Positions 5,474 to 13,287 of a DNA stretch of 64,000 bases are shown here, piece after piece. Under the pieces are notes generated by a model. The model was given only the letters and a program-made list of their open reading frames with translations, did not search any database and was not told the origin of the DNA. Source of the stretch: Candidatus Saccharimonadota bacterium (GTDB taxonomy: Bacteria > Patescibacteriota > Saccharimonadia > Saccharimonadales > JACDBH01); NCBI GenBank assembly GCA_028289135.1, contig JAQGGW010000008.1, positions 98,385-162,384 on the forward strand. The letters run 5' to 3'. The stretch's first letter is position 1, and each line of letters opens with the position of its first letter. Made by a program: the position numbers and the translations under genes.

Positions 5474-6661
5474 TTAAAGCTGGATCTTGCGCGGCGGCCG
5501 CGGCGGCCGTGGTGGGCGTTGTTGCTGCGGCACTGGCGGAGCGCTTGGGACTAATGGGCGTGGTTCAGCAGGGGTCAGGTCTCTTGCGGGTGGTACATTA
5601 TTACTCATAGGAGCCTCATGAACAACTGGGATGTCTTTGTGCCGGTGATGGCGTTTAATTAATACTGCAACGACTTTTACGATGACGCCAACCACAATAT
5701 ATGCAACGGTAAAGATAAGCAGATACCGCTCGACGTCCGTCAAGATTACCCGCACAAGATCAACGCCAAGCTTTTGATGTGAATCAAGCCCTCCCGGCAA
5801 GCTTGCGAGCCGTTTTGTACCCCAGTTAAAGAAGTAGCGTAACCCGGCATAGATAATGAGCAGCCCAAACCCAATAGTGAGGAAGATATTTCCAACCCGG
5901 TGCATTCCTTGCAAGCGTTTTTTACTCAAGAAAATAATGGCGAGGGATAATAAAAGCGTCGTAATGCCAAGCCCTATTGGCAAAAAGCCACCGAGCTTAT
6001 AAGCTTTTCGGGCCGCGACCAGTTTACTGTCGCTCGTAATCGGTATTTTCTTTCCGCTTTGAGAAACCATAATGTCACTACCAAGCACAACCGGTGTTTT
6101 AAAGAGTTTCTGCCCCGCAACGTAGTCATGTGCCATCGAAGCTACTTTGTCGGCGCTTACGCCAGCAGGTAAACAAGTAGCGGCCAATGGGTCGACCGGA
6201 CTGTTGCCATCCACTGCCCCGCACTTAGGCAGGCCGGCGGAACGGGTTTTGGCGTAAGCGGTTAAACCGTCCACTATCTGGGTTTTGATAGGGTTAAGGT
6301 CCAGCTTAAACATAAGATCTTGGTCCGAGCTGCCCAGCCACTGGTAGATGCTACCAATAAATGAATCTACCGAGTTTTTAACAAAATCACTCGAGAGTGC
6401 GTTTTTAACCACCGCCTTTACATTAGGGTCAGAAAAAGGCAGTCCCTCACCCCCGTCTTTTACGGTAGTTTTCTCTATATTTTCAAGCGCAATATCAGCC
6501 GCTTGCGAGTAAAAATTACTCCTATCCAGCCACCCAGTTACCGCCTGCCGGTTGCGTATAGTCGAGGCGCTAATATTGGTCCAAGCGAACCCAATCAAAA
6601 CCGTACCCAGCAATCCTCCTAAGAACCCTAGGAGCATTTTTCTCAAAACATTCATAAGCAT
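5474..6661 (-). CDS. multi-pass membrane protein with Pro-rich cytoplasmic tail, function unknown
   Basis: N-terminal TM, about 210-aa extracytoplasmic region, 3-4 further TM helices. Tail is PPVPQQQRPPRPPRPPRK. Confidence 0.6.
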   Translation of the reverse strand: MLMNVLRKMLLGFLGGLLGTVLIGFAWTNISASTIRNRQAVTGWLDRSNFYSQAADIALENIEKTTVKDGGEGLPFSDPNVKAVVKNALSSDFVKNSVDSFIGSIYQWLGSSDQDLMFKLDLNPIKTQIVDGLTAYAKTRSAGLPKCGAVDGNSPVDPLAATCLPAGVSADKVASMAHDYVAGQKLFKTPVVLGSDIMVSQSGKKIPITSDSKLVAARKAYKLGGFLPIGLGITTLLLSLAIIFLSKKRLQGMHRVGNIFLTIGFGLLIIYAGLRYFFNWGTKRLASLPGGLDSHQKLGVDLVRVILTDVERYLLIFTVAYIVVGVIVKVVAVLIKRHHRHKDIPVVHEAPMSNNVPPARDLTPAEPRPLVPSAPPVPQQQRPPRPPRPPRKIQL

Positions 6662-6718
6662 AATTGTACGTTAGAAATCCTAAACCCCAAAGCGTCTACT
6701 GCTATACTGATAGGTATT

Positions 6719-7117
6719 ATGGAAGACAGCGTATTTAGCAAAATTATTAAGGGCGAAATCCCTTCGCACAAGATCTATGAGGACGAAAAGACCTTGGCAT
6801 TTTTGGACATCCGCCCTGTTCAGCCGGGCCAAGTCGTGGTGGTTTCAAAGCTGCAGGTAAACTTTGTGTGGGATTTACCGGCTGAAGACTACGCTGCTCT
6901 TATGTCCACCGTACAAAAAGTTGGCCAGCATTTGCGGGAAAGCTTCCCCGAAAAACAGCGTATTGCCGTACGGATCGAGGGGTTTGACGTCAATAATCAC
7001 GCGCACGTTGTGCTTATACCTTCCAACAACCCGGCAGAATTCAACGCCCACCCCAACATGGAGGCCGAGCCGGATCACGAGGCATTAGCAAAATTAGCAG
7101 AAAGTTTGAGGTTTTAG
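6719..7117 (+). CDS. HIT (histidine triad) family protein
   Basis: N-terminus SVFSKIIKGEIPSHKIYEDEKTLAFLDI is typical of Hint. The triad region reads NNHAHVVLIP, so the first His of HxHxH is Asn. Confidence 0.75.
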   Translation: MEDSVFSKIIKGEIPSHKIYEDEKTLAFLDIRPVQPGQVVVVSKLQVNFVWDLPAEDYAALMSTVQKVGQHLRESFPEKQRIAVRIEGFDVNNHAHVVLIPSNNPAEFNAHPNMEAEPDHEALAKLAESLRF

Positions 7118-7118
7118 G

Positions 7119-7298
7119 ATGGGAAATGGTGTAATCGCATTTTTAGTCGCACTTGGCGCAGGAGCGTGGATTTTTAGTAAGGTACAGCGTACAACCGGCA
7201 ACAATACCAAAAGTTCATTAATTGTGGCCGGCATCTCGGTGGCAGTTATTTTTGGTGTTGTGCTCTTGTTACTTGGTTTGATCCCAAAATCAGCCTAA
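7119..7298 (+). CDS. small membrane protein (59 aa, 2 TM)
   Basis: Not in the ORF track (under 60 aa). ATG lies 1 nt after the HIT stop. Sequence is MGNGVIAFLVALGAGAWIF...VAGISVAVIFGVVLLLLGLIPKSA. Confidence 0.45.
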   Translation: MGNGVIAFLVALGAGAWIFSKVQRTTGNNTKSSLIVAGISVAVIFGVVLLLLGLIPKSA

Positions 7299-7380
7299 AA
7301 CAGCCAGTTTAACCAAAAAGTAGCCATTTAATACTACTTCTGGTCGCTATTTGCCGTCTTGGCTGGTATTATAATCCCAT

Positions 7381-8223
7381 ATGGATGAGCAGAGTTTGGG
7401 TAGGCATCTGCAGGCCGCGCGTGTTGCCGCGGGTCTGACACAGCAAGAACTATGTCAAAAAGCGGACATTTCTTATTCCACTTTGGCCAAGATTGAGCGC
7501 GGGGCCATTAAGTCGCCGTCAGTCTTTACCGTGCAGCGTTTATCAGAGGTACTGGGGCTATCTCTGGATGGCATGATGGGTAACACACACGGCGCAGCCC
7601 ACTCACAAAAGGGTCGCAGCCGGACCGGTGTGAGCTTTGTTTACTTCGACATCAACGGTTGTTTGGTGCGCTTCTTTCACCGGGCGTTTACCGAAATGGC
7701 GCGCGACACCCAAGCGCCGGCCGATGCAATCGAGAGCGCTTTTTGGCACCATAATGACGCAATTTGCCGAGGCGAGATTGGCCTGGACGAGTTTAACGCC
7801 TTGCTTGCCGAGCAGCTTGGCGTGGACACGATTGACTGGCAAAAATACTACATGGCCTCTGTTGATGCCATCCACGAAATGCACGATGTTGTAACCTGGG
7901 CTGCCCAGCATTACCGGATTGGATTGCTTAGCAACATTATGCCTGGGTTCATCGATGCCATGGTCGCAACCGGCCTCCTCCCTGTCCTGAGCTACGACGT
8001 TATAGTGGATTCTTCTGCCGTTGGCGCCATCAAGCCCGAGCGCAAGATTTATGATATTGCCCAAGAGCGGGCCAACGTCCCGCCGGAAGAAATTTTGTTT
8101 GTCGACGACAGCCGCACCAACCTAATGGCTGCCGAAAAACTGGGGTGGCACGTGATGTGGTTTGATGATTTTAGGCCGGAAGAATCGGCCGACCGGGTCA
8201 AAAACGCTCTCGACCCTATTTAG
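7381..8223 (+). CDS. XRE-family HTH domain fused to a HAD-like hydrolase domain
   Basis: N-terminus LGRHLQAARVAAGLTQQELCQKADISYSTLAKIERG. HAD-like motif I is FVYFDINGCLV (DxN rather than DxD). Motif IV is ILFVDDSRTNLMAAEKLGW. Confidence 0.7.
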   Translation: MDEQSLGRHLQAARVAAGLTQQELCQKADISYSTLAKIERGAIKSPSVFTVQRLSEVLGLSLDGMMGNTHGAAHSQKGRSRTGVSFVYFDINGCLVRFFHRAFTEMARDTQAPADAIESAFWHHNDAICRGEIGLDEFNALLAEQLGVDTIDWQKYYMASVDAIHEMHDVVTWAAQHYRIGLLSNIMPGFIDAMVATGLLPVLSYDVIVDSSAVGAIKPERKIYDIAQERANVPPEEILFVDDSRTNLMAAEKLGWHVMWFDDFRPEESADRVKNALDPI

Positions 8224-8231
8224 AGCCCAGG

Positions 8232-8363
8232 CTAGTGCTTAGGTCCGTGAAAGATATTGCCAAGAAATCTAAGTCCAAACGCTAGGGCCAAAACACTCGT
8301 GCCGATTTTAAGAATTTGCTCGCCGGGTGATTGTTTTTTACGTTCAGCTGTCTTTTCACTCAT
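8232..8363 (-). CDS. possible small protein (43 aa) downstream of valS
   Basis: MSEKTAERKKQSPGEQILKIGTSVLALAFGLRFLGNIFHGPKH. One hydrophobic helix. No homology evidence. Confidence 0.25.
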   Translation of the reverse strand: MSEKTAERKKQSPGEQILKIGTSVLALAFGLRFLGNIFHGPKH

Positions 8364-8390
8364 AGTTCTATTTTACGCTACCAGTCAATT

Positions 8391-10943
8391 TTACAGATTG
8401 AACGAGTCGATTTCGGTGGTAATTTGATGCAGCTTGGCTTCGGACTCTTCCAACTGGGCGCGGGTTTCAGCTACCAGCTTTTCGGGCGCGCTTTCAACGT
8501 AAGCCTTGTTGCTCAGGCGGCCCTTTAGACGCTCAACGCTCACAGCTTCGGCCGATTGTTTTTCTTCAAGCTTGCTCAAGTATTTTTGGGCGGTATTCGC
8601 GTCGACAATAATCCAGGCTTCAAAAGGCGCTCTCGTTAGGCGTAATCCATTGGCTTCTAAGCCCTTTTCGACGCTTCCAAGCCGCGCCAGACGCATAATC
8701 AGCCCAGCATGCATTTCGAGGAATTCCGAGCCCTTGTAGCCCAATATAGGCTTGCTGAGGCCAATGTTGGCAATAATGGTGCGGCATTCAACAACCATTG
8801 TTTGTATAGTTTCGAAGTCTCTGGCCTTTTTCGGGTCAGCAGCCAGGCTAATTTCTGGCCAGGAAGAGGTAATTAGCAAGCTATCGCCTTCCCACTTGAG
8901 CGTCTGCCAAATGGTTTCAGTAACAAAGGGCGCGAAAGGATGGGCTAGCTTCAGCAAGTTTTCCAAGAAATAAGCCAGCAGGCCCGGATTTGGCGTGGCT
9001 TTGCTAGCTTCCAAGTACCAGTCGGCAAAGTCGTCCCACACAGTGTGGTAGAGCGAATCGTAGGCTTCAGAAAATCGGTAGTTGTCTAAATCGGACGTAA
9101 CCCTCTCTGTTAATTGTTGTAACTTAGTCAACATCCAGTGGTCGGCGATTGAAAGGACCTCAGGCGTTTTGCGGGCTTCAAAATCGTCGCCAATGACGTC
9201 TTCAATATAGCGGGCAACGTTCCAAAGTTTGTTACAAAAGTTGCGTGCTGCCTGGATTTTGCCTGGGGCGAATGACGCGCTTTCGCCAGGTGACCGGCCG
9301 GCAATAATACCCATGCGTACGGCGTCTGAACCAAATTCTTTTAGCAGGGCGCCGTTATCAACGGTGTTGCCAATTGACTTGCTCATTTTGGTGCCGTCTT
9401 CGGCTCGGATATAGCCATGGATATAGACTTCTTTAAATGGGATGTCGTCGGTGACGTATAGGCCAAGCATAATCATGCGTGAAACCCAGGGGTATAAGAT
9501 GTCGCCGCCCGTTTCCATTAGGCTTAAGGGGTAGAACTTATCAAAGTCTTCACTCGGGTAATTGAGAGTGGCGTACGGCCAGCTGGAGCTGCTAAACCAG
9601 GTGTCAAACACATCTGGATCCCGGTGGTAGGTTTTGCCGTTTTTTTCAATGATTTCTTGGTCTGTATTGGTCTCAAAAATCCAATCGTCGCTGTCGTCAA
9701 CGTTCTGGAAAGCGGGGATTGGGATGCCCCAGGCAATCTGGCGGCTAATGTTCCAGTCTTTTAGGCCTTCTAGATAGGTAATCAGCTGGGTGCGCTTGCT
9801 GTCAGGGTAGAAATTAATCTTTTTAGCTTGGAGCGCTGCTATGGCCCTTTTGGCCAACGGCTGCATGTCGACAAACCACTGCTGCATTAGCATTGGCTCG
9901 ATGACCGTGCCGCACTTATAGCACTTCCCTACTCTGTTATGGTAGTTTTCGTCGACCTTAATAAGCAGGCCTTTTTCTTTCATGGCTTCGGCAACGGCCA
10001 AGCGTGCTTCCATGACCGTCATGCCGCGGTACTTCCCTGCTTTTTCGTTCATGGTGCCGTCGTGTTCGATAACCCTAACAACAGGCAAATTGTGGCGCTT
10101 TGCGACCTCCCAGTCATCAAAAGAATGGGCTGGAGTAATCTTCACTACCCCTGTTCCAAACTCCATATCAACCATTTCATCGGCAATTACCATAACGTCA
10201 AACGGCCCGTTTACTCCCTCAACTGTAACGGTCTTGCCTACCCATTTGCTGTAGCGTTTGTCATCCGGATGAACGGCCACGGCGGTGTCGCCAAACTTGG
10301 TTTCTGGGCGGGTAGTGGCCAGCTCAAAAGGACCGTATTTTATGTAATACAGCGGGGACACTGCGTCGCTATATTCAACCTCAATGTCGGCAAAGCCGGT
10401 GCGGTGGAATGTGCAGTAGTTAACCAGCCGTTCACCCCTGTAAATAAGCTTTTCGTCCCACATTTTTTTGAAGGTTTTATAGGCCCTGTCGACTATCTTT
10501 TTATCAAGCGTAAAGGTGAATCTTGACCAGTCGACAGATGCGCCCATTGTGCGCAGCTGGGCTTCAAAATTGTCTCTGTTAAGGGCAACAAAATCCCAAA
10601 TGTCCTTATAAAGCTCTTCCCGGCTAAAATCAAAGCGGCTTTTGCCTTCTTTGGCAAGGTGTTTTTCGTATACCGCCTGGGTTTCAAAGCCGGCATGGTC
10701 CGCCCCTGGCAAAAGTAATGCGGCTTCGCCCTTCATACGGTGGTAACGGACTGGGATGTCTTCTAAAACGGCGGTAAATTCGTAGCCAATGTGCATGTTT
10801 GCGTTGGCGTTGGGCGGCGGCATAACAATGCTATAGGTCTTGTCGCTACCCCTGTTTTTAGGTGTAAACGCCCCGCTCTTTTCCCACAAGTCATAGATAT
10901 CTGACTCGTATTCTCCCGGCTCGTAGGTCTTCGACAAATTCAT
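8391..10943 (-). CDS. valS: valine--tRNA ligase
   Basis: 850 aa. HIGH-type motif PPPNANANMHIGY, KMSKS (GTKMSKSIGN), CP1 editing-domain region and a C-terminal coiled coil. Confidence 0.95.
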   Translation of the reverse strand: MNLSKTYEPGEYESDIYDLWEKSGAFTPKNRGSDKTYSIVMPPPNANANMHIGYEFTAVLEDIPVRYHRMKGEAALLLPGADHAGFETQAVYEKHLAKEGKSRFDFSREELYKDIWDFVALNRDNFEAQLRTMGASVDWSRFTFTLDKKIVDRAYKTFKKMWDEKLIYRGERLVNYCTFHRTGFADIEVEYSDAVSPLYYIKYGPFELATTRPETKFGDTAVAVHPDDKRYSKWVGKTVTVEGVNGPFDVMVIADEMVDMEFGTGVVKITPAHSFDDWEVAKRHNLPVVRVIEHDGTMNEKAGKYRGMTVMEARLAVAEAMKEKGLLIKVDENYHNRVGKCYKCGTVIEPMLMQQWFVDMQPLAKRAIAALQAKKINFYPDSKRTQLITYLEGLKDWNISRQIAWGIPIPAFQNVDDSDDWIFETNTDQEIIEKNGKTYHRDPDVFDTWFSSSSWPYATLNYPSEDFDKFYPLSLMETGGDILYPWVSRMIMLGLYVTDDIPFKEVYIHGYIRAEDGTKMSKSIGNTVDNGALLKEFGSDAVRMGIIAGRSPGESASFAPGKIQAARNFCNKLWNVARYIEDVIGDDFEARKTPEVLSIADHWMLTKLQQLTERVTSDLDNYRFSEAYDSLYHTVWDDFADWYLEASKATPNPGLLAYFLENLLKLAHPFAPFVTETIWQTLKWEGDSLLITSSWPEISLAADPKKARDFETIQTMVVECRTIIANIGLSKPILGYKGSEFLEMHAGLIMRLARLGSVEKGLEANGLRLTRAPFEAWIIVDANTAQKYLSKLEEKQSAEAVSVERLKGRLSNKAYVESAPEKLVAETRAQLEESEAKLHQITTEIDSFNL

Positions 10944-11192
10944 AAGGCCAGTATACAGGATGTTATTAACAGTTAACAGGGGTAAATTAGGTTTCTATCT
11001 GCCCTGCTATCTTAAAGAGATTTTTCACATGAAACAAAAAAATACTAGGCCGCAATCACCTTCACGTGAAACCGGTTGTTGTATTTATTACCGAATTTAC
11101 CACCACTCTTCTCCGAGATCCCTACCGAAGAAAGACGTTTTGTTTGATGTACTACCGCTGTTAACGGCCCTAAACTTTTTGTTTTCATACTA

Positions 11193-11221
11193 AGCATAAG
11201 CCTAACTTTCACGGCATGCAA
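11193..11221 (-). promoter_or_regulatory. candidate valS promoter (implies a leader of about 240 nt)
   Basis: Minus strand reads TTGCAT (11221-11216), 17 nt, TATGCT (11198-11193). Confidence 0.4.
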
Positions 11222-11223
11222 GA

Positions 11224-11252
11224 TTGACAAAGCATAAGAATAATGCTATTAT
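11224..11252 (+). promoter_or_regulatory. consensus sigma70-like promoter
   Basis: TTGACA (11224-11229), exactly 17 nt, TATTAT (11247-11252). ATGs at 11256 and 11259. Confidence 0.6.
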
Positions 11253-11255
11253 GTA

Positions 11256-11561
11256 ATGATGACTATGACAACGCCAGAAATGAGGGATTTGAACCCACCA
11301 GACATGGCTCTTATTGATCTTGTGCCGGGGAACCCTATGGATAATGACTTGCTGAGACTAAGGGATTTTAAAGTCAGGGGAAATGCAGTAATGGCTGTAA
11401 TGATTTTAGCAGAGGTGGCTATAGGGTTTGACCTAGCTAGACGAGCTCTCCATGGCGAATTTGATTTCGTTGAAGCGGGCTTAGCGGTTGGCTTAGGTGT
11501 AGTAGGTGTAAGCACCGCAGAATTTATTGATAATAGAAGAGAACCTACATCGACAAGTTAG
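11256..11561 (+). CDS. hypothetical small protein (or noncoding antisense transcript)
   Basis: 101-aa ORF directly behind the consensus promoter. One hydrophobic stretch (AVMAVMILAEVAIGF). The 3' end overlaps the convergent tsaD by 17 nt. Confidence 0.3.
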   Translation: MMTMTTPEMRDLNPPDMALIDLVPGNPMDNDLLRLRDFKVRGNAVMAVMILAEVAIGFDLARRALHGEFDFVEAGLAVGLGVVGVSTAEFIDNRREPTSTS

Positions 11562-12606
11562 GTTGGATGTCGAGAGAGTAGGGGTCGGCAGTTGGCTGGT
11601 CGTGCATGGCTTTAAAGCAACCGAGGGTGGCGATCATGGCGCCATTATCGGTGCAGAGTTTGGGGTCCTGGTAAGTAATTTCAATCGGAAGTCGCTCTTT
11701 AAGCTGTTTACGAAGCTCGGGGCTGGCAGCAACGCCGCCAGCTATCACCACCGAAGCAGGGGAGAATTCTTCAAACGCTTGGATCGTCTTATCAACTACA
11801 GTTTCCAGGGCTACGCGCTGGAATACGGCGGCAATGTCGGCCTTCTGGGCCTCATTTAAGGCCTCTGGCAGTCTGTATGAAGGGAAGGTGAAGTCTTTGC
11901 CAACTGCGGCTTGAGCATGCCTTAAAACGGCGGTTTTGGGTCCAGAGAAGCTAAAGTCATACTTATTTGGCATCTTGGCCTTTGGCAATGTAAATGCATG
12001 GGGGTTTCCTTCGCGCGCTTTTTTCTCTACCGATGGGCCGCCAGGGTAGGGGAGTCCGAGAATTTTTGCGACTTTATCAAATGCCTCGCCAACGGCATCG
12101 TCTTGCGTTTGGCCAAGAAGGGTGTAGTCAAAGTGGTCACGAAAAAGAACCAGCTGGCTGTGCCCGCCAGATACTATCAGGCTTAAACAAGGGAATACTG
12201 GGCTAGTAGCTGGCAATATGTAGCCGGACAGGGAAGTGCTGGTTAAAAAGTTGGCATAAACATGGCCCTCAACATGGTTAACGGCGTAGAGAGGCTTGTT
12301 TTTAGTAATAGCCAGGGTGCGGGCGGTCATAACGCCCACCAGCAGTGATCCGCCAAGCCCGGCGCCATAGGTTACGGCAATGCCGTCAATATCATCCCAG
12401 CCCAGCTTTGAGTCTTTTAAAGCCTGCTCCAAAACAGGGATAATCGACTCAATATGGCTGCGCGCGGCAATTTCCGGCACGACGCCGCCGTACATAACAT
12501 GCAGATCCATCGAGCTTAAAACGGCGTTGGCCAAAAGCTCGCTGCCATCCCGTACAATTCCGACGGCCGTTTCGTCACAGCTGGACTCGATTCCCAAAAT
12601 TATCAT
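11545..12606 (-). CDS. tsaD: tRNA N6-adenosine threonylcarbamoyltransferase TsaD
   Basis: ILGIESSCDETAVGIV N-terminus, metal motif VNHVEGH, ASKHA-fold glycine motifs. Confidence 0.92.
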   Translation of the reverse strand: MIILGIESSCDETAVGIVRDGSELLANAVLSSMDLHVMYGGVVPEIAARSHIESIIPVLEQALKDSKLGWDDIDGIAVTYGAGLGGSLLVGVMTARTLAITKNKPLYAVNHVEGHVYANFLTSTSLSGYILPATSPVFPCLSLIVSGGHSQLVLFRDHFDYTLLGQTQDDAVGEAFDKVAKILGLPYPGGPSVEKKAREGNPHAFTLPKAKMPNKYDFSFSGPKTAVLRHAQAAVGKDFTFPSYRLPEALNEAQKADIAAVFQRVALETVVDKTIQAFEEFSPASVVIAGGVAASPELRKQLKERLPIEITYQDPKLCTDNGAMIATLGCFKAMHDQPTADPYSLDIQPNLSM

Positions 12607-12648
12607 GCCTCAAGCATAGCAGAACAGATGTGGAAACTTAAAGTGCTA

Positions 12649-12677
12649 TTGCGTTTATGTCATGCTTATGCTATTAT
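12649..12677 (+). promoter_or_regulatory. sigma70-like promoter
   Basis: TTGCGT (12649-12654), 17 nt, TATTAT (12672-12677). ATG at 12686. Confidence 0.45.
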
Positions 12678-12685
12678 ATATAATT

Positions 12686-13234
12686 ATGCCAGGGAATATG
12701 TACTCCAACCCTAATCCAGAGCAATTGTCTTCGAATGGCTTTGCAAAAGCTATTCTTACGCGGGCAGAAATGCAGCTTAGACGTGCTTCAGAGAAGTTGA
12801 TGACTCCTGAAGAATATAATGAACACCCAAGCGTGGTGCATGTATTTTATCTTGTGACGAATACCGATGCGCCTAGGGATCCTCTTTTAGTAGATGAGCG
12901 TACTTATGAGACTCATCAGTTAAGATTTCTTGGCAGGGTCGTACGTGAGATTACCTTTTCTAAAGACGAAGGTGATATTTCTTTTAGCGTACAGATGCAA
13001 AAAGATGCCGATTGCGAAGTGGGGCCAGGTGAGCGAATTCCAAGAGACATAGAGCTTTCGAGCAATCCGGACGGTGTGTTTATTAATTACGCACCCGTTG
13101 AACTGGCACTTGCTATGGAAGAGCGGCCAATTTTAGTTATGGATGAAATGTTTCCGCAAACACCAAAAGAGGGCAATATTTTGGAACGGCTTAGCCTGAT
13201 AATGGATGAAATCGAACTAGCCAAGGTGATATAG
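12686..13234 (+). CDS. hypothetical protein (orphan, AT-rich)
   Basis: The track ORF starts at 12662, inside the promoter. I prefer the in-frame ATG at 12686 (or 12698). No recognisable motifs. Confidence 0.5.
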   Translation: MPGNMYSNPNPEQLSSNGFAKAILTRAEMQLRRASEKLMTPEEYNEHPSVVHVFYLVTNTDAPRDPLLVDERTYETHQLRFLGRVVREITFSKDEGDISFSVQMQKDADCEVGPGERIPRDIELSSNPDGVFINYAPVELALAMEERPILVMDEMFPQTPKEGNILERLSLIMDEIELAKVI

Positions 13235-13251
13235 CCGCCATTTACCTTACG

Positions 13252-13280
13252 TAAACATCTTGGACGTTTTACCGTATAAT
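13252..13280 (+). promoter_or_regulatory. promoter of the murE-like gene (leaderless candidate)
   Basis: TAAACA, 17 nt, TATAAT (13275-13280). The ATG at 13288 follows after 7 nt. No RBS. Confidence 0.5.
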
Positions 13281-13287
13281 CTTTAGC

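Noticed and set aside
5480-5530. GC-rich simple repeat (GCGGCGGCCGCGGCGGCCGTGGTGGGCG...), which could look like a VNTR or repeat array.
   Set aside because: It is the coding sequence of the PPRPPRPPR tail of the minus-strand membrane protein 5474-6661. There is no spacer-repeat periodicity. No CRISPR-like array exists anywhere in the window.
4180-5610. Track ORFs 4180-4449(-), 4202-4474(+), 4747-5151(-), 5072-5305(+) and 5371-5610(+).
   Set aside because: All run through tRNA genes, tRNA-fragment copies, hairpin terminators or the opposite strand of a better gene. Their peptides (for example RDSNPRT, GFESLLF) are translated tRNA T-arms.
7603-10526. Long antisense ORFs 7603-8064(-) and 9939-10526(+), plus smaller ones inside valS.
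   Set aside because: They lie opposite genes with strong family motifs (HAD fusion, ValRS), have an odd composition (Gly/Arg/His-rich) and have no start context. These are typical shadow ORFs of GC-balanced coding DNA.
10960-11230. ORFs 10960-11193(+) and 11045-11230(-) in the valS upstream region.
   Set aside because: They have no RBS or promoter in the right position, and their composition is unlike the local genes. The region is better explained as the valS 5' leader and divergent promoters.
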